A stretch of DNA of 64,000 nucleotides from Azolla caroliniana (taxonomy: Eukaryota > Plantae > Polypodiophyta). Within the stretch, counting starts at the first letter, position 1. Each line of letters opens with the position of its first letter. The translations under genes were made by a program, and so were the position numbers. Location: the NCBI GenBank assembly GCA_043228905.1, contig JBHGNT010000017.1, forward strand, positions 6,386,001 to 6,450,000. Reading direction: 5' to 3'. Below, piece after piece: positions 34,457 to 45,813 of the stretch. The notes beneath the pieces were generated by a model. It made no database searches. It was given only the letters and a program-made list of their open reading frames with translations, and was not told the DNA's origin.

Positions 34457-37385
34457 AGATTTATGGTCAAATATGATAAGGGCGATTTCCTAAAACAGTA
34501 CAAGATCATGCATACTATGCTTGTGTGCATTCTATGAGACTTTATTTCACATTGACCCTGCTTGAATAGACATGAATGTCATGTTCACTTTGACTTCCAA
34601 GCTTAATATAGGCATGCTTTTATCCAGATGCATACAATATTCACATTTATTGCATAAACAAATTTCCGTCAAAGCAACTGTTATGTTTGTTGCAAATGCA
34701 TGTATTTATTTCTGTATATACATTATCGAATGGATGAATTCATTTAAGCATGTGTATTATCTACCAATCATGATATAATTATGATGTGTAGGTGTATTCA
34801 CAACCAACATTTGAAGTATTAGAAGGAAAAGCTTATGATGCTACAATGGGGATGTTCGCCTTCAGAAATTTTATACTAAGGTTGCTCTTGAGGGGCTTCT
34901 ATATTACACTCGCGACACTCGTAGCTGCCATGCCTCCTTTCTTTGTAGATATCAATGCCCTCATTGGGGCCTTTGGTTTTATACCATTAGATTTTATCTT
35001 TCCCATGCTTTTCTACAACATGGTATTCAAGCCAAATCGGAGATCCTTCATTTTCTTAATAAATGCACTCATTATAGTGGTTTTCTCAATCGTGGGCTTA
35101 TTCGGTTGCATTGCAGCCGTACAACAAATTGTTCATGATGCAAGAACCTATTGACTCTTTGCAAATTTGTAGTATTACCGGTAACTCAAGAATAAGATCG
35201 ACACTGTCTCAACTAAAAAGCTCCAACAAGTTTCCCAACATGGGATGCATAGGAGAAGTAGGAAATTTTATATATTTTTTATGACTTTTGGATGATAATC
35301 GTTGCTATTCAACCCCCATGAAGGGCCCAAATTTTGTCTCTTAATATTACATGCACATTATTTGGCATATTAAAACACAAAGACATTGGCTTGTCTAAAT
35401 GCTTCAAAAAGGTCTCCCCCCATAGAATGCACGAAAGAAGCAAGGCAATCGCTTCTTTCACTTTTGCATATCAATGTTTAATGTTAGGTCAGATGCCCCA
35501 AATTTGCTATCTTCATAACCGTTGAATGTTTATGCAACCACGCATGGCATCTAGTCTAAGACTAGCCAAATTGGGACATGGCTACTCAATATCAATACCC
35601 TAAATATCAATGCTAATAATAATGCAACAAGTGGGTCCTAGCCACTTGCACCTACAATTGTTGAGTAATAGAGAGGAGAATTTGTGAATATGTAGAACCT
35701 ACGGTTATCACCAAGAAAATGAATTATGAAATAGAGCATAAATAATGAGTGATTAACTTGAAGTTACTATAAAAACCCAGGTTTGAAGAAAGGCATAGAT
35801 GACCATGATGTGTTCCATTGAAAAATATATAGCGGTGCCAAAAGTTTGCAATGCAATTATACTACATTGGCTTAACTCGAAGTTGAAACTCAAAAGTAGA
35901 AACATAGAATGCATAATTTATGCATGCAGGCTAATAAGGCTTCATAACTTTCTAAAGTGTCAAGATCCTACACTCTCAACCTAAAAAGGCTTCCCAACTC
36001 AAAGAAGTGCGAAAACTATACATTTTTAGATTAGACTTTACAATACTATATAATCTTTTCTTCATCACACAATATCGCCTTCGAATCAATTCCTCAATGA
36101 TCATGACATAATATTGCCAAATTTTGCTAATGCATATATACCCAAGGCCATACCCTGATGAATTGCAACTAAAACATGATTAGCACCAATACGTAGTAAT
36201 TAGGGGGATCTAGAATGGAATACATGGATGGGAACTCACATGAGCGCCACAAGGTATCCAGGAATCTAGAGAGTGCAATTGTCATGCATGTAAATTTATC
36301 ACATGCAAATATGCTAAGAAATCAAATTCTTTTTTTGACATTTCCTTTATATAAATGAAAGACATTGGCAAAGCTTGTCACTTTTTGTGTGGTGCTTACT
36401 TGATTTATAATAAAAGACATTATGATGAAACTTATCACGTCTTGTTTTTTCTTCAAAGATTTTCTTCAGTAGTATTATGGAAAAACATCAAAAGGCTACA
36501 ACTTGGGCTTGTCTGTCAGAAGCTTACAATTTTTTATTTTTTATTTTTTCAAAACAAAATATACTTCCATTAGTTTTTAAAAAGGCATATTAGCTACAAC
36601 ATACACAATTGCAAACAAACATGTTTTCATATGGCATCCTCTGAGCCTCATCAACAAGCATATTCCTTTGTAAGCTTTACATAATTGGGTATGTGGAGCT
36701 AAAACAAAGTCATTAGTTAAGTCCACACTTGAAAGCAACTTCTTATACCAAGCATCATATGCACGTGAATCATCACCATTACTCCCATCATGTAAGGAAT
36801 AATTAGAATCCAGCTCCCAAAGTGAGGGTTTCCCTTCCATACCTATTACAGGCATGACCATATCCCGTGGTAAGTTTTACCGTAGTACTTTATCCACACA
36901 CTTGGCCTAATGGGTTGTCCCAATCCCAAGAATTAAAAGTAATCATTTCTTTCGTTACACTCTTGTTTAACCCTCACACTTTATCCACGTGTATAGAGTA
37001 CTACGGTAAGACTTACCACATAATATGGTCATGCCCGTAACAAAACCTCTAAAGAAAAACGGGATTATGAACAGTAGATCCACCATATTGTAATGCCAAT
37101 GCATCTCCCATATTTTGATACATATCCATCAGAGCATCTGCTATATTGTTGTATGGATCAACCTTGGGATTATCTATCAGGCTCAAGGAGAATAATTGAT
37201 GACATACGGCACCCAAGGCATAAGCATATTGAGCAACATTTTTCCGATCGAAGCTATCAATACAGTTTTTTCTCAAAACCCCACTATGATATTTTGGTTC
37301 CTTTCTATCCTTACCATCATTTTGACCTTCCTTTTGTACAAATTCAATATGTTTAGTGCTCTTTGGTTCAATCTCTGTTAACTTT
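34457..37385. repeat. Segmental duplicate of about 15082-17945 (GAT last intron, last exon, 3' flank, SAC fragments)
   Basis: Collinear and near-identical from AGATTTATGGTCAAAT onward. Confidence 0.92.
34792..35172 (+). pseudogene. Orphan GAT exon 7 with premature stop
   Basis: YSQPTFEVLEGK...HDARTY* with TGA at 35152-35154 where copy A has CGA. No upstream exons. Confidence 0.9.
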
Positions 37386-37519
37386 GGCAATTCACTTAAG
37401 TTTGTCAAAGATTCTCTCAAATATTTTGCGGTCATCAAAACGTTTGGCATCCAAACATCGTTGTCTGTAAGAACATTTGAGTTTAAATGCACACTAGAAT
37501 AATGAGTGCTAGTCTTCAC
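36600..37519 (-). pseudogene. Second copy of the scrambled SAC phosphatase fragments, with the mini-element at 36844-37042
   Basis: VLRKNCIDSFDRKNVAQY..QYGGS, EGKPSLWELDS and KKLLSSVDLT. Confidence 0.8.
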
Positions 37520-38719
37520 AACTGAAGGTTTGCCGATATACTAATACTTAGTTAGATCGAGTGCTTGACTAACAACTCTCCCAAGCACTGCTAAGACTTT
37601 GTGACTTTCTTTTTGCAAACTTTTGGAAGTCCCAATGAATGAAATGCAATCACTCTCCCTCCGCAAAAATATGGTTTAGATAACCAACAACAGTTGCAAA
37701 TTCATGGATGCCATCAAGCTCCATCATCTCAAAACTATTAGTGTTTCATCAAAACATCCATGTTTCTGTAGTTAGGAGCCTTTGGAACCCATCTTCTTCA
37801 TGTTGCAGACAAAGATGGCTGAACTTGGGGATACACCCTCTTTTTGCATCTAGTTCAGCATGTACTAATGATCTTCAACATAACCATACCAACGTACCAT
37901 ACTCAAGATATCCACAAAGTAGGTCCATGTTCCACATACCCTATTATAAGTATAATGCATGCCACTACATCTCACTTTTGAAGGAAACATACATCAATAT
38001 CCCATCTTGACTTTGTAGATCCTCAATAAAAGTCGTGATGCACAAGAGAGGCACATTTTGCATACATATCTATCGAAGCATTACCAAGTGATCAATCTCT
38101 TTCATATCTATCTTTAGCAATCTCCTTGATCTTTGTCCCAATTACCCATCTTTGAGTAGGAAACACTCACCCTTATAAAAAAATCAAGAAGTATGCTTCA
38201 TCTTTCCACATCAACTATCTCGCCATCTCGGAGATCCTTCATTTTCTTAATAAATGCACTCATTATAGTGGTTTTCTCAATCGTGGGCTTATTCGGTTGC
38301 ATTGCAGCCGTACGACAAATTGTTCATGATGCAAGAACCTATCGAATCTTTGCAAATTTGTAGTATTACCGGTAACTCAAGAATAAGATCAACACTGTCT
38401 CAACTAAAAAGCTCCAACAAGTTTCCCAACATGGGATGCATAGGAGAAATAGGAAATTTTATATATTTTTTATGACTTTTGGATGATAATCGTTGCTATT
38501 CAGCCCCCATGAAGGGCCCAAATTTTGTCTCTTAATATTACACGCACATTATTTGGCATATTAAAACACAAAGACATTGGCTTGTCTAAATGCTTCAAAA
38601 AGGTCTCCCCCCATAGAATGCACGAAAGAAGCAAGGCAATCGCTTCTTTCACTTTTGCATATCAATGTTTAATGTTAGGTCGGATGCCCCAAATTTGCTA
38701 TCTTCATAACCGTTGAATG

Positions 38720-40380
38720 TTTAAAGATAGGGAAAAGGGAATGGTGAGAGGGTGTAGGGGAGAAAAAAAAAACAAACAAAAAGGTAAGAGAGAGGGTAAA
38801 GGATGTGCACATGGGTATGTTGAGGAAGGAGAGGGTAATGGTAAGGGTGTTAAAATATAGGCAAAAGGGAAGGTAATGTGGGCAAAAGTGTAGCGCCAAA
38901 AAGTAAGAGAGAGAGAGAGACAGGTTTAGAGGGATCAGGGGTAGGGATAAATCATTAGTTTAGAATAAGGGGTATAGGCCGGGTTAGGTAAAATGGAGGG
39001 GTAGAGGCGTAAATAGGGGGAAAGTTGGAGGATGGGTAGAGTCGTAAATAGGGAAAAGTTGGAGGAGGGGTAGAGGCATAAATAGGGAAAAGTTGGAGGA
39101 GGGGTAGAGGCGTAAATAGGGACAAGTTGGAGGAAGGGTATGTGATAAAAAATTTTAAAGTGGGAAGGGAGGGGGTAGAGATAAAAGTGAGGGAGGGGTA
39201 GAGGCGTGATAATGAAAAGTGAAGGTTTAAAGGGGTAGGAGGGTAGGAGGGTAGGTAAAACAAAGGTAAGGGAAGGGGCAGGTTAGTGGTTTAGGAAAAG
39301 TGAGGGTAAGGGTAGGGTGGTAATTTTAAAAAGTAAAGGGAGGGATAGAAGGGTAATTTAAAAGATAAGGGGAGGGATAAAGTGGTAATTTAGGAAAAAT
39401 GAGGGGAGCGTAGGATGGTAAAAATTAAAAAGAGGGGTAGAATTGATTACAATGTCGGCTACCAAATGGGTAGTCCCATACATGCTCCGAAAATCGAGAC
39501 AAGAGATAAGCTAAACATGAAAAAGAAATAAAAATGCACGGCTACATAATGTAGTCCCGTGTTTTATAATGACAGGTGTGTGAGGGGGATGTGGGGAAAC
39601 GAGGGATGTGGTGTATACGAAGAGACAAGAGTAGGTATTAAGAAGAGGGGCAAGGGTAGGGGATTAACATACTAATTATAAAATGAAAGAGAGGGAGAAA
39701 GGGGAAGGGGGGTGGCGGCTAAACATAAAAACTAATAAAATGATTAAACCGTAAATAATAAAAAAACATAACCATAAGTGTAACACAAGGTAAAGGAAGG
39801 GGTAGTAGGGTAAGAAAGAGGGGTAATGGGGGGATTAACCTATTAATTAAAAATAAAGTGAAAGAGAGAGAGAGGGAGAGAGATTAAAACATAATAAACC
39901 TAAGATTTAAGATTAAAAATGAGATTAAAACATAATAAACATGAGATTAAAGATAAAAAACGAGATTAAAAACCTAATTAAAGTTTTAAAAGTGGGGTAA
40001 GGGGAGGGGAGGGGATTAACATACTACTTAAAATGAAAGAGAGAGGTACCATTTACAACTAAAAAACGAGATTAAAATATAATTAAAAGGGGGAGAGACA
40101 GGGAGAGATAAAACATAAGTAAAAACATAATTAGAAAACGAAGAGAGAGAGAGAGAGATATATATGAAACATGTGATTATCATTAGGGAAAATTACATTG
40201 GGTTTTTGATGGGTGGGGAGGTGCATGGTCTTACGTAACTAGCAAACTAGTTTCGCCCCGAAGGGCTCATCAGTGTCATAAGACCACGAGGGTGAGGGAG
40301 GGGGTTTATATAGGATTTTAGGAGAGCGGTAGAGTGAGGGTGTGGGATCAAAATAGGGAGTGGGGGGTAGGGGTGTGCTA
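38720..40380. repeat. Strand-asymmetric purine/G-run block with tandem units of about 33-36 bp at about 38993-39140
   Basis: GGAGG(AG)GGGTAGAGGCGTAAATAGGGAAAAGTT repeated about 4 times; very few C on the + strand. Confidence 0.8.
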
Positions 40381-40396
40381 TGTGCATATGTGCACA

Positions 40397-42970
40397 TTAA
40401 CGGATGGTAGTGGGGTGTAAGGTTTTTAAAGATAGCTTTTGGAGGTTTTCCAAGTCCCCTTGCAAGTAGACTGTCGTGTCACGTGCAAATTCTATATCCA
40501 GGATGCTTTGGTGAGAATGAGGTATGGGAAGACCACGTAGGTTAAGATGCCGAGAGTTGAGAAAGCAAGAGAGTGCTTCGGCGTATAATAGAAATAAGGA
40601 TGGAGCTAGTGGGCATCCCTGTTGTACAAATCGGGCTATTCGGAAAAAGGGGCCCCTTTCACTTGCTAGTGAAAGGCAACTGTTGCCATTCCTATAAAGT
40701 CCTGCAATGCCTTTGATCCATGTCTCTTGAAAGCCGAGTTTCCCCATCACACTTTCTAGAAAGTTCCAGAATACCCTCTCATATGCTTTCTCAAAATCTA
40801 GTAGCACCACCGCTACCTTGTTGTTGGTTCGCTTGGCAAGGGCTACTGCTTCCCAGAATGAGAAGAGGTTGTCTAGGATGCTCCGATTTCTAATGAAACC
40901 TGCCTGGGACGGATGAATGAGTTGAGGGAGAAGTGGTGTTAAATGGCGTGCCACGATTTTTGCGAGAAACTTATAGATAGTATTGAGAAGAGTTATGGGC
41001 CGCCACTTGTTAATGTCGTTGGCATTCCCACCACTTTTAGGAATGAGATGTATCATCCCTTGTCCAAATTCCTCTGGCATGCTTCTAGAGGTGATGATCT
41101 CCTCATATGCCTGGAGGAGGTCTTCTTTAATAGTGTCCCAAAGGCATGTGAAAAAGTGTGGGGTGAGGCCGTTGATTCTAGGGCAACTATCGGCATCAAA
41201 ATCAATGAGGGCCTCCCATATCTCGATGATTGATAGGGGACGCACGAGCCATGTATTCATTCCCAGCGTGACTTTCTCGGGGGTGCTTTGGAGGATAATA
41301 TCTTCTCTTATGTCTTCCCCTGTAGCTATAATGTGTTCGGTAAGTAGGCGACGATAATAACTTGTGGCAATATTCCTCATTTCGTCGCCATCCTCAATTG
41401 TCGTTCCATCCTCCCAAATCGTTCGCCATGATCCTGGTATAAGGTCTCCGGCTTCCTTTAACTACGTGCTATCGAGGTGGTGTTCCTGCAACATGATGAT
41501 GTCAGCACCACTCCCTAGTAAATATTCTTCAAAATCCCTTCTCATTTTCCATCTGTTTTGTTGGTCTAGTCTACTTCGGAGCCCTTGCACGTTCCACGTT
41601 ATAATCTTCATACTCATGGAGTGGGGTGGGAGATTGCCAGTTGTTGCTGGTGCTTTGCACAACAGGTCGTGAGTGGGGAGCACTCACCATTTAGACATCC
41701 AGACATTTCCAAGGATGGAATAGTGGTCCACATCCATGAGTGGAGTTTGTGGTCCACATCCAAGCTTGGAGTTAGTTGGGCGTCTATGATAGTCTGCAGG
41801 TGGATGTGGCAAAGATGAGGTTCCTCTTCATCCATGGTGCACCAGAATTCAGTGTTATGCCGATGCTGCTTTAGTTCGTTCATGAGCTCTTCATCTCTTA
41901 TTTTTGCTACAAAGCATGCTGCTTGGCTACATAACGTATCTTTAATCTTGGATTTCGACCAATCTTCCTTTGTCGAAAGCAAGAGTGGAAAGGAGATTGA
42001 GTTCGTCGGAACTCCGTTATTGTGTACCGCTAATACATGTACCCTTATTTTTTCCACTATCTTGAGCCCTATACCTAGCCATTTCAAGGCGTTTTGCGGG
42101 TGTGGCTTAAGGTCTTGGCTAGAGGAAGCACACTCATTTGTGTCCGAGAAGACTATGATCTGAGGCGTGACATTCAAACTTGTGCCTTGGTTTGTTGCTT
42201 TTGCATTGGGTGCCGTTCCACTCAAGCTCCGTATTAAGGTCTTAACATGACTTATTCTTCTTCGCTTCCTTGTTTTGTAAGCTTTAATGAGAACTTCTCT
42301 TGTATGCTTGGTGTCACCTTAGGCCGTTCCTTGGGGCTTAAGAAAGAACTAGGGGAATGCTCGTCCGTGGGGGGGACCTCTTGTAGTAGATCAAATCGAT
42401 TGGGGATCATAGGCGATGGAGGCTTTTGTGCGGGTGAAGTTTTTCCAAGGACGTGGGTTTTTTCTACCACTCGCCATTCCATCACAGCCTTGTTGGGTCA
42501 TGGTGGGGGAGGCTTTTGATGTCTTATGGTGTCTTGACCTTCCAAAGTCGCCTTTGTAGGATCTTTAATACGTCTTTTGGGGCAGTTCTTTTTTATATGA
42601 CCAAGTTTTTTGCATGCAAAACATTGCTCCGGTGCGCCAATCACTTCTATGCGTTGTTCAATCTGCATTCCATTTTTCTCAGGAATGAGGATCTTGGAGG
42701 GAAGTTTATTGATGTATTGCACCAAGAGATGGATAGAGGGTGCTTCTTTAGCCTGTCCGCTAGCGTTAGTTCCTCATCCAGCATCATACCAAAGGAGTTG
42801 CCAATAGTAGGAAGTAACATGTTGTATTCTAAGGATAATCCAGGAAACAACATTGTTACCTTTTTCATAGAATCATCTTGTTGCAATTCTTGGACTCTCT
42901 TTTTTTGAGGGGGAATAAACGAATACTTGACCATGCATTCGTATGCATATTCGTATGTATTCGAATGGGA
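40397..42970 (-). mobile_element. Degenerate L1-type LINE (ORF1 zinc knuckle, ORF2 endonuclease start, RT)
   Basis: CFACKKLGHIKKNC; MKIITWNVQGL..DIIMLQEHHL; WRPITLLNTIYKFLAK, LDFEKAYERV, QGCPLAP and EFARDTT (mutated FADD). Confidence 0.92.
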
Positions 42971-43675
42971 AACCCCACGAATGTGAATATGTCAATGTAT
43001 GCTCTTTATGATTGTGTCCCATTTGTAGAAAATCCCTCTACCGACATTTCAACAATATTTTGAGTGCTTTTGAGAATAGAAATTTTGTATATTTTACTTT
43101 TTGTTACTTTTACCTCTCATTGAGGTTTCATGCTAATAATATATGTGCATTGCCAAAAAAGATAAGTGCACGAATGATAGTATGTAATATACTCGAATGC
43201 ATTTGCAAACGTTCTTTTTCATACGTTTTCAAATGAATGTGAATGTTATAAAACATACTTATGTTCTTTTTTTTAATGTTTTTTACCTTAATTTCTTACC
43301 TTAGAAAAATATTTTACCTTATAATAAACAATAAATACAAAAGTATGGTATTTATCATATTTCGAGGGTGTTTACCATACTCGAATGATTGAAACATATT
43401 TGTAAATGCGAATGCACGTATGGTACGCATGGTTCATACTATGATTTCAATAATTATACGATATCTTAACAAGTGAGCGAGGTAAAACTCCCCACTTAAC
43501 ATGAACATGGAGATTCTTATATATTATGTTAATGATTCATCGAAATTCGACAAGTTTTAAACATCCGTGTTCAAACTCCCTTTTACAATCAACAACTTGA
43601 CGGGTCATATCGTCCTTTTCCTATGACAGAATAAGTCAACAAAGTATGTATCCTTTTTCTACAAAGTAGACGTCA

Positions 43676-43933
43676 ACACTCAACTCTGAAGTGGAGATAT
43701 GGAGTGAAGTGGTAGCCACTCTAAAGAGCCAATATGATGGCCTCAAGGGAGACTCCGATGGAGTTGAAAGACAACGACTAGCCTTCATCCAACAATGGTC
43801 GTCCTCCCCCTTTATTGAGTTGGTGGGCATCCACATAAGATGGACCTATCGTGTCCCTACAAGGATTTGTATATACTAATCTCATCTGTAAAATTTTATA
43901 ACTAAAAATAAATAAAACACCCAACTCTAAATC
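43676..43933 (+). mobile_element. Short 5'-truncated LINE 3' end inserted in the duplicated GAT upstream region
   Basis: EIWSEVVATLKSQYDGLKG resembles EIWENLLEIVCGQYDNMHG of the LINE at 20094. A-rich tail. Flanked by ACACTCAACTCTGAA and ACACCCAACTCTAAA. Absent at the matching site near 11280. Confidence 0.75.
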
Positions 43934-44312
43934 ATAAAGGTTTTTCCATTTGTCTCATTCATTCCATTACCTCACTCACAAAATTGAGAGTCCTAATTGA
44001 CTCATTCACTCCCCACTCTTTTGGAAAGTGGAGACTCTTTTCCTTTTAATTCAACTTTCACCATCCAAAAATTGAGAGAGGAAAGAAGTAATTTGTAGTA
44101 CTAAGTAATCTAGTAGTAGTAGAAGTAGTGTAGAAAATATTAAGCAAAAAAATTAATATATTAATATATCTAAATAGTTAGTATTTCTTATGAGAAGGAA
44201 ACCGTAAGTGTATTGGTGATGGTCTATATAAAGGCACCACCAACGTTGTAACTATTAGGGTGTTTTAATATAATAAACGATTTATAGTTTTAATATATTA
44301 GATGTACAGTTT

Positions 44313-45047
44313 GAGGCTGCATCTGGACATCGTTTTCTCTGTTTTCGCAACCATGCATACGACATCTTGGGTCAATCGTTTTTCTTGTAGTTTCTATTAC
44401 CTTGATCAGTACAAGATGTAATACCATAAGGATGGGGTCATGATTTAGTTATGGTGGATGTATTTCTACTCCTATAATTGATTTCCTTACCAAGGAAATT
44501 CTCTCGCATTTCCCAATGCATACTATGCTTGTGTGCATTCTATGAGACTTTATTTCACATTGACCCTGCTTGAATAGACATGAATGTCATGTTCACTTTG
44601 ACTTCCAAGCTTAATATAGGCATGCTTTTATCCAAATGCATACAATATTCACACTTATTGCATAAACGAATTTCTGTCAAAGCAACTGTTATGTTTGTTG
44701 CAAATGCATGAATTTATTTATGTATATACATTATCGAATGGATGAATTCATTTAAGCATGTGTATTATCTACCAATCATGGTATAATTATGATGTGTAGG
44801 TGTATTCACAACCAAAATTTGAGGTATTAGAAGGAAAAGCTTTTGATGCTACAATGGGGATGTTCGCCTTCAGAAATTTTATACCAAGGTTGCTCTTGAG
44901 GGGCTTATATATTACACTCGCGACACTCATAGCTGCCATGCTTCCTTTCTTTGCAGATATCAGTGCCCTCATTGGGGCCTCTGGTTTTACACCTTTAGAT
45001 TTTATCTTTCCCATGCTTTTCAAACCATCTCGGAGATCCTTCATTTG
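44313..45047 (+). pseudogene. Patchwork GAT remnant: end of exon 2 and start of intron 2 fused to intron 6 and a truncated exon 7 (44800-45047)
   Basis: GGCTGCATCTGGACATCG..CTTGGGTCAATC, then a jump near 44515 to ATGCATACTATGCTTGTG. Exon 7 has a 12-bp deletion and breaks at SRRSFI. Confidence 0.85.
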
Positions 45048-45556
45048 TCATGCGTGTAAATGTATCACATGCAAATATGCTAAGAAATCAAATTCTTTTT
45101 TTGACATTTCCTTTACATAAATGAAAGACATTGGCAAAGCTTGTCACTTTTTGTGTGATGCTTACTTGATTTATAATAAAAGACATTATGATGAAACTTA
45201 TCACCACTTCTTTTTTCTTCAAAGATTTTCTTCGGTAGTATTATGAAAAAACATCGAAAGGCTACAACTTGAGCTTGTCTGCCAGAAGCTTACAATTTTT
45301 TATTTTTTATTTTTTCAAAACAAAATATACTTCCATTAGTTTTTGAAAAGGCATATTAGGTACAACATACAAAACAATTGCAAACAAACATGTTTTCATA
45401 TGGCATTCTTTGAGCCTCATCAAGAAGCATATTCCTTTGTAAACTTTACATAATTGGGTATGTGCAGCTAAAACGAAGTCCTTAGTGGACCTTAGTTAGG
45501 TCCACACTTGAAAACAACTTCTTATACCAAGCATCATATGCATGTGATTCCATACC

Positions 45557-45701
45557 TATTACGGCCATGACCATATCACGTGGTAAGTTTTACCGTAGTA
45601 ATTCTTTCCGTCTTTACACTCTCGTTTAACCCTCACACTTTATCCACGTGTATAGAATACTATGGTAAAACTTACCACGGGATATGGTCATGCCCATAAC
45701 A
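45557..45701. mobile_element. 145-bp version of the inverted-end LTR-derived mini-element, 112 bp upstream of the GAT copy B ATG
   Basis: TATTACGGCCATGACCATATCACGTGGTAAGTTTTACCGTAGTATTCT ... AGAATACTATGGTAAAACTTACCACGGGATATGGTCATGCCCATAACA. Confidence 0.8.
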
Positions 45702-45813
45702 ATAAGTAGTAGTAGTAGTAGAAGAAGACGTAGTAGTAGTAGTAGTAGTAGTAGAAGAAGACGTAGTAGTAGTAGTAGTAGTAGTAGAAGAAGAAGAAGA
45801 ACAAAGGAGATCC

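Larger units (their letters stand above)
38224..42970. repeat. Segmental duplicate of about 50205-54382 (GAT 3' end, G/A-rich block, LINE)
   Basis: Same order of blocks, near-identical, with different internal deletions in each copy. Includes a GAT exon-7 tail at 38224-38363. Confidence 0.88.

Noticed and set aside
38993-39140. Repeats of about 33-36 bp as a possible CRISPR array
   Set aside because: Head-to-tail units with no unique spacers, no cas genes, and a eukaryotic context.
40222-40255. Possible Helitron 3' end (..AAACTAGT)
   Set aside because: No convincing GC-rich hairpin upstream and no 5' TC end or RepHel ORF identified.
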